Assembly (NCBI GenBank): GCA_964202905.1 | Contig: CAXNJO010000003.1 | Coordinates: forward strand, 256,001 to 320,000 | DNA: 64,000 nt | Reading direction: 5' to 3' | From: Polyangiales bacterium | GTDB taxonomy: Bacteria > Myxococcota_A > Polyangia > Polyangiales > JADJQN01 | In this document: one piece after another, positions 1-10,195 of the stretch | Position numbering within the stretch: position 1 is the stretch's first letter | Layout of the letters: every line of letters begins with the position of its first letter | The notes under the pieces: generated by a model | What the model saw: only the letters and a program-made list of their open reading frames with translations | What the model was told of the DNA's origin: nothing | Databases searched by the model: none | Program-made: the position numbers and the translations under genes

Positions 1-2
1 CG

Positions 3-566
3 CTCGGCGACGCGGCGGCGCCCTCCCCGACGGCGCGCCCGGAGTCGGCGCTCGCGCTCACGCTCACGCGCGAGGACGAGCCACCATCCCCCGCGGACGC
101 CGGCAGCGATGCACTGTTGGCCGAAGCGGGCCGCCCCGACACGCACGCGATCACGCACCCCGCGCTCGATCGCGGCGTCGTCGCCGCCCGCTGCGCGGAC
201 GGAATCCGCGTGCGCATCGGCGATCCGCGGCGCCGCGGCGCGCCCCCCCGCCTCGACGCGCCACCCGAGGCGGAGCTGCTGCTGCGCTTCCCCGCGGACG
301 CGCGGCGCGGGCCGCTGCGGCTCGAGGCCGCGACGCTCGACGTGTTGCTGCGCGTGCGCGTACCGCACGAGGGCGGGGGGACGAGCGCCGAGGACCGCGA
401 CGGGCACGTGCGGCTCGACGCGCACGACGTGGCGCGCGGCGCGCCGATCGCGGGGCAGGTCGAGCTCACCGTCACCCTCGGCGGCCAACCCGCGCGCGTG
501 CGCGGGAGCTTCCGCACCTTCGTGCGCGACCTCGTGGACGCCGACGCCCCCGAGTGCGCGCGCTGA
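3..566 (+). CDS. Hypothetical protein, C-terminal part (5' end outside window)
   Basis: Open frame from the window edge through ORF 117-566 with GC3-rich codons; no recognisable motif. Confidence 0.6.
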   Translation, partial: LGDAAAPSPTARPESALALTLTREDEPPSPADAGSDALLAEAGRPDTHAITHPALDRGVVAARCADGIRVRIGDPRRRGAPPRLDAPPEAELLLRFPADARRGPLRLEAATLDVLLRVRVPHEGGGTSAEDRDGHVRLDAHDVARGAPIAGQVELTVTLGGQPARVRGSFRTFVRDLVDADAPECAR

Positions 567-631
567 CCGCGGGGCGACGCGCGCTCGTGGCGGATGCCGC
601 GGGGCCCCGCCGTTTGATAGGCTCCGGGGCC

Positions 632-826
632 ATGGCGCTCGACGACCTCTCGAGGACGGAGCAGCCCGCGCCCGTCGGGCTCATCCGCCTGATGCGCGGC
701 AGCGACGGCCATTTCAGCGAGGCGGAGGCGGCGCAGGTGACTCTGCTCGACGCGCGGCTCGCCGGCACGGCGCGACGCGGTCGGCGCGCTGTGGGGCGGA
801 TGAGCGCGCCCCGGACCGGTGCCTGA
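632..826 (+). CDS. Small hypothetical protein
   Basis: ATG at 632, GC3-biased codons, end overlaps the start of the next gene. Confidence 0.3.
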   Translation: MALDDLSRTEQPAPVGLIRLMRGSDGHFSEAEAAQVTLLDARLAGTARRGRRAVGRMSAPRTGA

Positions 827-1655
827 CGTGGAGGTGCCCGGCGACGCGCCGCTCCCCCGCCGCGCGAACCTGCTCGGCGTCGGCGTGAGCGTCACGACCT
901 ACGCGGGAGTGACGCGGTGCGTCATCGATGCCGCGCGCGCGGGGCGTTCGCTGCTCGTCGCGGCCTCCGACGTCCATCTGCTCATGCAGGCGCGGCGCGA
1001 CCCCGCGTACGCCGCGGTGCTCGACAGCTTCGACATCGTCACGCCGGACGGGCAGCCCGTCCGCTGGGGCCTCCGGCTGACGCGCGCCGCGCACCTCCGC
1101 GAGCGCGTCTACGGGCCGACGCTGATGCTCGAGGTCTGCGCCGAGGCCGCGCGCCGGGGGCTGCCGATCTTCCTCTACGGCAGCCGAGGCGAGGTGCTCG
1201 CGCGGCTCCGCGAGCGGCTCGAGGCGCGCTTCGCGGGGCTGCGCGTCGCCGGGACGCGCGCGGGGCGGTTCCGTCCGCTGACGCCCGCGGAGCAGGAAGA
1301 TGACGCGGCCGCGATCGTCGGGTCCGGGGCGCGCATCGCCTTCGTCGGGATGGGCTGTCCACGGCAGGAGTGGTGGGCCTTCCACATGCGCGCGCGCCTC
1401 CCGCTGCCGGTGCTCGCGGTCGGCGCCGCGTTCGACTTCCATGCGGGGCTCGTGCCGCAGGCGCCCGCGTGGATGCAGGCGCGCGGCCTCGAGTGGCTGT
1501 ATCGCCTGCGCCGCGAGCCGCGTCGGCTCTGGCGGCGCTACGTGCTGCTGACGCCGCGCTACGTACCGCTGCTCGCGGCGCAGGCGTTGGGGTTGCGCCG
1601 CTTCCCGCCGACCCGCGACCTGCGGGAGGCGCGCACACGCGCGTGTCCGGGCTGA
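819..1655 (+). CDS. WecB/TagA/CpsF-family glycosyltransferase
   Basis: Motifs VTPDGQPVRW, RVYGPTL, FVGMGCPRQE, VGAAFDFHAG, APAWMQARGLEWLYRL..EPRRLWRRY. Confidence 0.93.
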   Translation: MPDVEVPGDAPLPRRANLLGVGVSVTTYAGVTRCVIDAARAGRSLLVAASDVHLLMQARRDPAYAAVLDSFDIVTPDGQPVRWGLRLTRAAHLRERVYGPTLMLEVCAEAARRGLPIFLYGSRGEVLARLRERLEARFAGLRVAGTRAGRFRPLTPAEQEDDAAAIVGSGARIAFVGMGCPRQEWWAFHMRARLPLPVLAVGAAFDFHAGLVPQAPAWMQARGLEWLYRLRREPRRLWRRYVLLTPRYVPLLAAQALGLRRFPPTRDLREARTRACPG

Positions 1656-1747
1656 GCGCGGCGACCGCGGGCGCCACGAAAGGGTACCGACCGATGCGTG
1701 TCACGGCCGATGCGCGCCGCTGACGCGCCGGCCCACGCGCGCCTGCG

Positions 1748-3271
1748 TCAGCGCGCGCGCAGACCCGACATCAGCCAGCGGCGCGAGGTCGAGGCGGCGA
1801 GTGCGCTGCAGACCAGGGCGGCGAGCGCAGCGAGCGCGACGACCCCGAACATCGCGACGCGATCGACCACGACCGGCACCGCGACGCGAACGACCGCGGC
1901 CCCCGCGAAGGCCGCCGCGGCCGGCCACGCCAGATCCTCGACGTACCAGCGTCGCGACTGGCCGGGCAGCCACGCCGCGTGCACGAACGGGAGGAGAAAG
2001 ACCACGTAGCCAAGGTTCAGCAGGAGCCACGAGCTCGCCGCGCCGACGAGCCCGAACCGCCCGATCAGGAACGGCATCGACGGGAGGAACACGAGCACCG
2101 CGACGAGGTTCGCGCGGAGGCCGAGCCTCAGCTGGCCGAACGCGAGCTGCAGCGCCCAGGGGACGCTCATCATCCCGTTCAGCGCCGTGCCGAGCGCGAG
2201 CACCGCGACGACCGCGGCCCCCTGCGCCGCGACGCGCGGGTCGCCCGTCCACGCGTGAACCACCTCGCGCGCGAACAGGACGAGCACTGCCGTCACTGGC
2301 CACACCGCGACGGCGATGAGCTGGCTCGCGCGGTGGTAGAGCTGCACGACGCTCGCCGTGTCCCCGCGCGCGACGAGCTGCGAGAGCCGCGGAAACACCG
2401 CCACGAACAGGGGCGCCACGAGCTGTTGCCCCCCCATGCCGGCGACGCTCGCGAGCGCGTACAGGCCGAGTTCCGCGGGCGTCGTGAGTCGCGCGACGAA
2501 GAACTTGTCGGCTTGGGTGAGCAGCGCCCCGAGCGCGGTGATGGCCCAGGACGTCGAGGCGAACGTGCCGTGGGCGCGCAGCGTCGTCGACGAGAAGCGC
2601 CCGACGCCGGGACCGACCGCGCGGCGGACGAGCCAGAGCGGGGCGAGCGTCTGCAGCGCCGCGCCGAGCACCTGCCACGCGAAGAACACCTCGAGCGTCG
2701 GGGCGACGATCACGAGCGCGAGGGCCGCGCCCGCCCAACGGACCGTGCCCGTCGCCGCCATGGCGAGGTTGGCCGCGCCGGGGCGCTGCAAGCCGAGCAG
2801 CGCTGCGTGGTAGAGCGACAGGGGCAACTGGAGCGCGAGCGTCGCGGTCGCGAGCCGGACCACGGTGTCGGTGACGCGCAGCGCATGGCCGCCCTCGCCG
2901 CCGAAGCGCCCCGCGAGCGCGGGCCCGGCCGCCCAGAGCCCCGCCGCGACGACGAACGACAACAGCCAGAGCGCAACCTCGAAGGTCCGCACGAGCTCGC
3001 GCATCCGCGCCCGCGTCGCGCCGGGGTCGCTCGCTGACAGCACCGCGAGCTGCCGCTGCAGCGTGCTCGACAACCCGAGATCCACGAGCGCGGCGAGCGC
3101 CGCGACGGCCATGAAGAGACCGACGACCCCGTATCCCTCGACCCCGAGGAGGCGCGCGTAGATGGGCGGGAACACCAGGCCGAGCGCGGCCATCCAGACG
3201 CGCCCGAGGTAGTTCGCGGCGACGTGTCGCGAGAAGGAGGACATCGGTGGAAGAGCGCGCGAGCTTGGCAT
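1748..3271 (-). CDS. Wzx-type oligosaccharide flippase
   Basis: About 12-14 hydrophobic segments; PIYARLLGVEGYG, DLGLSSTL, DKFFVARL..AELGLY; alternative start 3244. Confidence 0.88.
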   Translation of the reverse strand: MPSSRALPPMSSFSRHVAANYLGRVWMAALGLVFPPIYARLLGVEGYGVVGLFMAVAALAALVDLGLSSTLQRQLAVLSASDPGATRARMRELVRTFEVALWLLSFVVAAGLWAAGPALAGRFGGEGGHALRVTDTVVRLATATLALQLPLSLYHAALLGLQRPGAANLAMAATGTVRWAGAALALVIVAPTLEVFFAWQVLGAALQTLAPLWLVRRAVGPGVGRFSSTTLRAHGTFASTSWAITALGALLTQADKFFVARLTTPAELGLYALASVAGMGGQQLVAPLFVAVFPRLSQLVARGDTASVVQLYHRASQLIAVAVWPVTAVLVLFAREVVHAWTGDPRVAAQGAAVVAVLALGTALNGMMSVPWALQLAFGQLRLGLRANLVAVLVFLPSMPFLIGRFGLVGAASSWLLLNLGYVVFLLPFVHAAWLPGQSRRWYVEDLAWPAAAAFAGAAVVRVAVPVVVDRVAMFGVVALAALAALVCSALAASTSRRWLMSGLRAR

Positions 3272-3300
3272 GGGTTCGCGCCGCCCCGGGCCGAGCGCGG

Positions 3301-4761
3301 CTACCGCGCGCCCCGCCCGCGGAGCACGACGGGGATCGTCTTCAGCAGGAGCTGCAGGTCGAGCCAGAGGCTCCACTCGTCGACGTAGCGCAGGTCGAGC
3401 AGCATCCACGCCTCGAAGCCGAGATCGCTCCGGCCGCTCACCTGCCAGAGCCCCGTGATGCCGGGCTTCATCGAGAGGCGGCGTCGCTGCCAGCCGCGGA
3501 TCTGCGCCTGCTCCTGGGTCGGGAGCGGACGCGGCCCGACGAGGCTCATGCTCCCGGCGAGCACGTTGAACAGCTGCGGCAGCTCGTCGAGGCTCGAGCT
3601 CCGCAGGAAGCGGCCGAGCGGCGTCACGCGCGGGTCGAGGCGCGCCTTGAAGACCGGGCCACCGACCTCGTTGAGCGCGCGCACCTCGTCCCGGCGCGCT
3701 TCGGCGTCGCGGTGCATCGTGCGGAACTTGAACATGCGGAAGGGCCGACCGAAGCGCCCCGCGCGCTCCTGCGTGAAGAGCACGGGCCGCCCCATCGTGA
3801 GCCGCACGGCGAGCGCGACCGTGACGAGCACGGGGGCCGCCGCCACGAGGAGGAACGCGGCGGCGAGCGGATCGAGGCCGTGCTTGATCGCGAGCGCCTC
3901 CGGGCGCTTCGGCGCGACGTCGTAGCGGATCACGCAGTGGTCGTAGAGGTCGGCGACGCGCGGCGCGGCGCGCGCGAGCTGGCTCAGCTCGACGACGAAA
4001 CTCGCCGGCACCCCGAGCGCCTCGCACGCCGCGAGCGCCGCGGACGCCGTGTCCGGGCGCGCGTAGGGCGCGAAGAAGACGACCTCGTCGACGGGGTGCG
4101 CTTCGAGCAGCGCGGGCAGGGCCTCGAGCGGGCCGAGGCGCGCGGGCAGCGCGGCGCCGTCGTCCGGCGTGTCGGCCTCGTCCGTCGGCGCCGCGACGTA
4201 GCCGAGGATCGTCGGCGCGAGCGCGCTCGCGGCCGCGTCCCGCACGAAGTCGCGCATGCGGGCCGAGGGCGCGCCGACGAGCACGAGCCGCGCGCGCGTA
4301 TCGCCCCGCGCATGCTGGTAGCGCGCCCACGCACCGGTCAGCGCGCGCTGCGCGTAGAGGGCCGCCGTGCTGAACGCGAGAAAGAGCGCGACGAGGCTGC
4401 GGTTCACCACGCTCTGCGTGAGGAACTGCACGAGCGCGACGCCGAGCACGCCCGCCGCATCCAGCTTGAGCAGGCGCGCGAGCAGCTCCGAGTGCGGGAG
4501 CGGCTCCTCGAACGTGCGGTCGAGGCGCACCACCACCGCGAGCGCGACCCAGAGCGGCCCGACGATGCACGCGACGAGCGCCTGATCCCCGAACGAAGAC
4601 GGGAGTTTGACCCCGGGGACGAGTCCCACGAGCAGGGGCTGCACCGCGCCCGCCGCGAGCATCGAGAGCAGGACGAGCAGCGCGTCGATGAGCCGCTGTA
4701 GCCGACGGAGCCCCGCGACGCGCGACGCGCGCAGCCCGCCGAGCGCAGCGCGCTCAAGCAT
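3301..4761 (-). CDS. Polyprenyl-phosphate sugar phosphotransferase (WcaJ/WbaP-like priming transferase)
   Basis: N-terminal TM helices; C-terminal FRMFKFRTM, DPRVTPLGRFLRSSSLDELPQLFNVLAGSMSLVGPRP, KPGITGLWQVSGRS. Confidence 0.93.
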   Translation of the reverse strand: MLERAALGGLRASRVAGLRRLQRLIDALLVLLSMLAAGAVQPLLVGLVPGVKLPSSFGDQALVACIVGPLWVALAVVVRLDRTFEEPLPHSELLARLLKLDAAGVLGVALVQFLTQSVVNRSLVALFLAFSTAALYAQRALTGAWARYQHARGDTRARLVLVGAPSARMRDFVRDAAASALAPTILGYVAAPTDEADTPDDGAALPARLGPLEALPALLEAHPVDEVVFFAPYARPDTASAALAACEALGVPASFVVELSQLARAAPRVADLYDHCVIRYDVAPKRPEALAIKHGLDPLAAAFLLVAAAPVLVTVALAVRLTMGRPVLFTQERAGRFGRPFRMFKFRTMHRDAEARRDEVRALNEVGGPVFKARLDPRVTPLGRFLRSSSLDELPQLFNVLAGSMSLVGPRPLPTQEQAQIRGWQRRRLSMKPGITGLWQVSGRSDLGFEAWMLLDLRYVDEWSLWLDLQLLLKTIPVVLRGRGAR

Positions 4762-4913
4762 CGGCCGCTTCCACCGCCGCCTGCGCGACGCGACGCCCCT
4801 GCTCCTCCCTCGTCGCGCGGCGGCCCGGCATGCCGCGCGGACCATACCACCCACGCCACAGGCGCCGCGCCCGCGCGTCGCGACCCCGGCGCGGGCTCAC
4901 CGCACTCCGACTC

Positions 4914-6104
4914 CTACGCCATCGCCGCGTCGCGCAGCTCGGAGTGGACCTCACTGCGGTTTCGGCCGCTCGACTTGGCCCGGTACATCGCGGCGTCGGC
5001 GCGGCGCAGCGCTTGTTGGAAGTCGTCCTCGTCGTGCGCATGCAGGGCGATGCCGATCGACGCGGTGATCGGTGGGGCGCCCGCCGGCCCCACGGGGGCC
5101 ACGCGCAGCGCGCCGTGGATGCGCTCCGCGATGCGCTCGGCGGCCGTGACGTCGCAGCGAGGCAGGATGATCGCGAACTCCTCGCCGCCCCACCGCACGA
5201 GCACGTCGTGCTCCCGCAGGGCATCCGCGCAGCGCCGCGCCATGGCGCGCAGCACGTCGTCCCCGGCGTCGTGACCCCACCGATCGTTGATGCTCTTGAA
5301 GTGGTCGATGTCGAGCAGCATCACGCTGATGGGCCAGCCGTTGCGCCGCGCGGAGCCGACCAGCGCCTCGCTCTGCTGGGCGAGCCGGCGCCGGTTGCCG
5401 AGGCCCGTGAGCAGGTCGGTGTGCGCGTCGGCGGAGAGGCGATCGTTCGCGTGCACCAGCGCGGCGCGGCTGCGCGCCTCGGCCTCGATGATGAGCCCGA
5501 CCCCGCCGAAGATCCCGACGAGGTTCACGAGGAGCACGAGCCCCGTCCACCCCTGGAAGACGACGGGGTCCACCGTGCCCGGCGAGAGCAGGTAGGCCAC
5601 CGCACGCCCCACGTGGACGACGACGGAGAGGACAGCCGCCCAGATCAGATAGCGCCGGCCGATCGGCCAGGGGCGCGGGGTCTCGCGGAGAAGCGCACGG
5701 GCCCAGAGGAGCCCGCTGACGAGCATCGGCAGGACGTTCGCGACCACGCGCGGCTTCGCGAGCGCGAGGCTGCCCGCCGAGCCGTCGGCCGCCCACAGCA
5801 CGGTCACCGCCGCCGTACACGTGGCCGCCAGCGCGTATTCGACGCGCCACGTCGCGCGCGGGATCCCGCACAACCGGTGCATCCCCGTGAGCCAGAGCTG
5901 GTGCGCGAGCAGCAGGAGGCCGCTCGCGACCACGATGGTCAGGCCATCGGGCCACACCGTCCGCCTCGCGTAGAGCGCGACGGCCACCAGCGAGATCGGG
6001 GCCGCCGCGAGCAGCGGTCCCGCGACCTTCAGGCCTCCGGCCCCCCGCCACGCCGGAAAGCTCACCGCGACCAGCATCACGAGCTGGAACACCGTGGCCT
6101 GCAT
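4914..6104 (-). CDS. Membrane-bound diguanylate cyclase (GGDEF)
   Basis: TM N-terminus; TDLLTGLGNRR, DIDHFKSINDRWGHDAGD, RxxD site REHD, RWGGEEF, ADAAMYRAK..GRN. Confidence 0.92.
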   Translation of the reverse strand: MQATVFQLVMLVAVSFPAWRGAGGLKVAGPLLAAAPISLVAVALYARRTVWPDGLTIVVASGLLLLAHQLWLTGMHRLCGIPRATWRVEYALAATCTAAVTVLWAADGSAGSLALAKPRVVANVLPMLVSGLLWARALLRETPRPWPIGRRYLIWAAVLSVVVHVGRAVAYLLSPGTVDPVVFQGWTGLVLLVNLVGIFGGVGLIIEAEARSRAALVHANDRLSADAHTDLLTGLGNRRRLAQQSEALVGSARRNGWPISVMLLDIDHFKSINDRWGHDAGDDVLRAMARRCADALREHDVLVRWGGEEFAIILPRCDVTAAERIAERIHGALRVAPVGPAGAPPITASIGIALHAHDEDDFQQALRRADAAMYRAKSSGRNRSEVHSELRDAAMA

Positions 6105-6300
6105 GAGCGTGGGGACGTGCACGCCGCACGGTAACACCGTCCGATTCGTCGCGTCCCGCTGGTGCGCGTGGTGCGCCACGCCGCCCTCGCGCGGTCGGGG
6201 GCCGGCGCCGCGGTCTCGCCGCGGAGGGCCGCTCCGCTCGTGCTCGTGGGCCCCGCCGCGGCTTGACCCCGCCCCGACGCGCCGCGACGATGCGCCTCGC

Positions 6301-9300
6301 ATGGCGACCCCACCGCAGCGCCGTCCCCGTCGGCGCGCCCTCTCGCGCCTCACGCGCTTCGCGCAGACTGGCTCCCAGAACGTCCTCGAGGCGGTGCGGT
6401 TGTCGCGCCTCGCGGCGAGCGGCGCCTCGCCCTACGAGGTCGTCACGCACGACGCGCTGCACCGCCTGCGCCGCTACGCGCGCAACGAGTCCGCGCATGG
6501 CCCGCGCGCGGCGCTGCTGCTCGTGCCGCCGCTCATGCTGACGGCCGAGATCTACGACATCTCCGCAGATCTCTCGGCCATCGCGCCGCTCGCCGCCGCG
6601 GGCGTCGACTGCTGGGTCGTCGACTTCGGTTCGCCCGAGCGCGAAGAGGGCGGGATGTCGCGCACCCTCGACGACCACGTGCGCACGGTCGCAGGCGCCG
6701 TGCGCACGGTGCGCCGCCTCACCGGGCGCGACGTGCACCTCGCGGGCTACTCGCAAGGCGGGATGTTCGCGTACCAAGCCGCCGCGTACCTGCGCTCCGA
6801 AGGCCTCGCCTCGCTCGTCACCTTCGGCAGCCCCGTCGACGTGCACCGCAACGTGCCCTTCGTGCGCGGCGACGGCCTCGCGGCGCTCGTCCTCCGCGGC
6901 GCGCGCGGCGTGCTCGACGCGCCGCTCAAGCGCATCGAGGGGCTGCCGGGCGTGCTCACGAGCACCGCGTTCAAGCTGCTCACGCCGCGCAAGGAGATCG
7001 AGCAGATGTTCGACCTCGTGCTGCGCCTCTGGGACCGCCAGGAGCTCGAGAAGCGCGCCGCGCGGCGCAAATTCCTCGGCGGCGAGGGCTTCGTCGCGTG
7101 GCCCGGTCCGGCGCTCCGCGCCTTCGTCGACGAGCTGATCGTGCAGAACCGCATGATGGCGGGCGGGATCGTCATCGACGGCCGCACGCTGACGCTCGCC
7201 GACATCCGCTGCCCGATCCTCACCGTCGTCGGCCTCCGCGACGAGATCGCGCTGCCCGCCTCCGTCCGCGGGATCCGCCGCGCCGCGCCGCACGCGGAGG
7301 TGCACGAGATCGACGTCGAGGCCGGGCACTTCGGGCTCGTCGTCGGCTCGCGCGCGCTGCGCGAGACGTGGCCCTCGGTGCGCGAGTGGATGCGCTGGCG
7401 CGACGAAGGGGGCCCGGTGCCCGCGCGCCTCGCGGCGCAGGCGGAGGGCGCGACACCGCAGGCCGAGGACTGGGAGCAGGGCTCGGACGCGTGGGACTTC
7501 GCCGTGCCGCTCGACCCGGAGCTCGTGCGCGACGCCGTGCGCTCGACGGTGGGCAACGCCGCGGGCCGCGTCGCCGAGCTGATCGAGGACGCGACGCAGA
7601 ACGCGAGCGCGCTGCGCTGGCAGGTGCCGAAGCTGCGGCGGCTCGGGCGCATCGGGCGCGACACGCGGGTGAGCTTCTCCTTCGAGCTCGCGCGACGCGC
7701 CGCGAAGTCGCCCGACGCGACGTTCTTCCTCTGGAGCGGGCGCGCGTTCTCGTTCCGCAGCGCGGACGAGCGCGTCACGCACGTCGCGAAGGGGCTGCTC
7801 GCGTGCGACGTCGGGCGCGGGGCGCGCGTGGGCGTCGTGATGCTCGGCCGACCGAGCCTGCTGAGCGGCGTGTGCGCGCTCATCCGCCTCGGCGCCGTGG
7901 CCGTGGTCGCGCCGCACGACGCGGGCGACGACGAGCTCGTGCGCGCGCTCTCCGAAGAAGGCGTCGGCGCGGTCCTCACCGACCCCGAGAACGCCGCGCG
8001 GATGCGCCGCCTCTTCCCCCGCGTGCTCGTGCTCGGCGGGGCCGGGAGCGCAGGGCGCGCGCTGCCCGAGGGCGTCGTCGACATGGAGGCGATCGACACC
8101 GCCAGCCGCGATTTCCCCCCCGGATTCGTGCCCGACGCGGGCCTCGCGCAGGATCTCGCGATGGTGCTGCTGACGCGCTCGGCGCGCGGCGGGCTGCGCG
8201 CGTCGCCGGTCACGAACCACCGCTGGGCGTTCTCCGCGCTCGGCGCCGCGGCGGCCTGCACGCTCGCGCCGCACGACACCGTCTACGTGTGTCTGCCGCT
8301 GCACCACCCCGCGGGCCTGCTCGTCGCGGTGTCGAGCGCGGTCGCCGCGGGCGCGCGCCTCGCGCTCGGCTCCGACTTCTCGCCCGAGACGTTCTTCCCC
8401 GAGGTGCGCCGCTACGGCGCGACCATCGTCTTCTACGCGGGCGACATGCTCCGCGCGCTCATCGCGCAGCCGCCCTCGCCCGCCGACCGCAGCCACCCGC
8501 TGCGCCTCGCCGCCGGCAGCGGCATGCGGGCCGACGTCGCGCGCGCGGTGCGCGAGCGCTTCGGCGTCGGCGTGCTCGAGATCTACGCGTCGACCTCGCA
8601 CCACGTCGTCATGGTCGATGCGGCGGGCGAGAAGCCGGGCGCCGTCGGTCGCCCGCTGCCCGGCACGGCGGAGGTCTTCCTCGCGCGCTGGGACTTCGGG
8701 CTCGGTGCGCTCGCGCGCGACCGACGCGGCCGCGCGGTCCCCAGCGAGCCCGGCGAACCCGGGGCCGCGCTCGTGCGCCTCGACGCGCGCCACGGCGACG
8801 GCGCGACGCTCGAGCCATCCCGCATCGTCTCCGGCGTGCGCGAAGCAGGCGACCAGTTCTACGTGCTGCGCGACGTGCTCTCGCGCGACGCCGACGGCGA
8901 CCACTTCTACCTCGGCACGCTCGACGAGGCCGTGCTGCGCGGGGACACGCCCGTATTCCCACGCGCGATCGAGGACGTCCTCTACCGCGTCCCCGGCGTC
9001 GAGCGCGCGATCGTGCAGGCGCGCCGCGCGCCCGGCGGCGGCACCACGCTCGTCGCGACGCTGCAGCTCGGCGCGACGCAGCCCGCCGCGCCCGACGGCC
9101 TGCCTCCCCTCGACGCGGCCGCGCTCGCGACCATCGTCGACGATGGTCTTGCGCCCGCAGCGCGCCCGGACGTCGTGCGCGTCGCCTCGAAGCTGGAGGT
9201 CTCCGCGGGCTTCCGCGTGCTCGCCCCGGCGCTCCCCGACGAGCTGCGCGCCGAGCGCGGCGTGCGCGTCCTCGCGCGGCGCGGCGCGGGCTACGCGTCG

Positions 9301-9306
9301 GTCTGA
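6301..9306 (+). CDS. Alpha/beta-hydrolase (PhaC-like fold) fused to an AMP-binding acyl-CoA synthetase domain, Rv1683-like
   Basis: LLLVPPLM, GYSQGG nucleophile motif, AGHFGLVVG, then FATP-like region YVCLPLHH, YAGDMLR, GSGMR; about 1000 aa. Confidence 0.85.
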   Translation: MATPPQRRPRRRALSRLTRFAQTGSQNVLEAVRLSRLAASGASPYEVVTHDALHRLRRYARNESAHGPRAALLLVPPLMLTAEIYDISADLSAIAPLAAAGVDCWVVDFGSPEREEGGMSRTLDDHVRTVAGAVRTVRRLTGRDVHLAGYSQGGMFAYQAAAYLRSEGLASLVTFGSPVDVHRNVPFVRGDGLAALVLRGARGVLDAPLKRIEGLPGVLTSTAFKLLTPRKEIEQMFDLVLRLWDRQELEKRAARRKFLGGEGFVAWPGPALRAFVDELIVQNRMMAGGIVIDGRTLTLADIRCPILTVVGLRDEIALPASVRGIRRAAPHAEVHEIDVEAGHFGLVVGSRALRETWPSVREWMRWRDEGGPVPARLAAQAEGATPQAEDWEQGSDAWDFAVPLDPELVRDAVRSTVGNAAGRVAELIEDATQNASALRWQVPKLRRLGRIGRDTRVSFSFELARRAAKSPDATFFLWSGRAFSFRSADERVTHVAKGLLACDVGRGARVGVVMLGRPSLLSGVCALIRLGAVAVVAPHDAGDDELVRALSEEGVGAVLTDPENAARMRRLFPRVLVLGGAGSAGRALPEGVVDMEAIDTASRDFPPGFVPDAGLAQDLAMVLLTRSARGGLRASPVTNHRWAFSALGAAAACTLAPHDTVYVCLPLHHPAGLLVAVSSAVAAGARLALGSDFSPETFFPEVRRYGATIVFYAGDMLRALIAQPPSPADRSHPLRLAAGSGMRADVARAVRERFGVGVLEIYASTSHHVVMVDAAGEKPGAVGRPLPGTAEVFLARWDFGLGALARDRRGRAVPSEPGEPGAALVRLDARHGDGATLEPSRIVSGVREAGDQFYVLRDVLSRDADGDHFYLGTLDEAVLRGDTPVFPRAIEDVLYRVPGVERAIVQARRAPGGGTTLVATLQLGATQPAAPDGLPPLDAAALATIVDDGLAPAARPDVVRVASKLEVSAGFRVLAPALPDELRAERGVRVLARRGAGYASV

Positions 9307-10185
9307 CGGCGGCGTACGGGAAGCACGCGCGAGACGCGCGGCTGACAGCGCGCGCAGTGCACCGTCGCGCGGCCGGCCTGCGCGATCGTCGCGAGCACGT
9401 GCCCGCAACGCGGACACGGCTGCCCGTCGCGCCCGTAGACGAGAAAGCGGTTCACGCCACCGTCGCCGAGATAGGCGAAGTCGGTCCGCGCGACCTCGCG
9501 CATCGCGAAGCGCAGCGCGCCGGCGATCCCGCGCGCGAGCCGCCGCAGCGCGTCCGCATCGAGCGCACCCGCGGGCGTCTCCGGGTGCACGCCCGCGCGG
9601 AACAACGCCTCGGTCGCGTGGATGTTCCCGAGACCCGCGAGCACCGCCTGATCGAGGAGCGCCGCCTTGATCGGCCGGCGCTGCCCCGCGAGCACCCGCC
9701 GCAGCGTCGCGGTGCGCCCGCCATAACGCAGCGCGTCAGGACCGAGCGCGTCGACGCCCGCGAGCGTGCGCACCGCCTCCGGCGGCCCCGCGCTCGCCGT
9801 CCCGAAGCGGCGCACGTCGACGAAGGCGAGGCGATGCGCGCTCGAGCCCGAGGGCGTAGCGCGTGTGGGGCGGGAGCGGCGCCTCGCGCGCCGTGACCAC
9901 GAAGCGCCCCGTCATGCGCAGATGCGTCCACAGCAGCGTCTCGCGCAGCCCCTCATCGCCACATGACGCACCTCGCGACGCACCGTCCGCGAGCGTGACG
10001 AAGAGGTGCTTGCCCTCGCGCGTCGCGCCCACGACGACGCGGCCCCGGAGCGCGGCGACGAAGCCCTCGACGTCGACGCCGCGCAGCACGCGCGCGTCGG
10101 TGACGACCACCTCCTCGACGCGCGCACCGCGCGCGGCCGCGTCGAGAAGGCGCGCCTCGCGCTCGACCTCGGGCAGCTCCGGCAC
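9291..10185 (-). CDS. mutM: Formamidopyrimidine-DNA glycosylase, frameshifted near 9838
   Basis: MPELPEVE, REGKHL, HLRMTG in ORF 9736-10185; DQAVLAGLGNI and CPRC..CARCQP zinc finger in ORF 9291-9815. Confidence 0.9.
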
Positions 10186-10195
10186 GCGCGGCTCC

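Noticed and set aside
4951..9417. Very long antisense or off-frame ORFs (for example 1488 aa here, also 14801-17881 and 21571-24639)
   Set aside because: Arg/Ala/Gly-rich shadows of real genes, expected in very high-GC DNA
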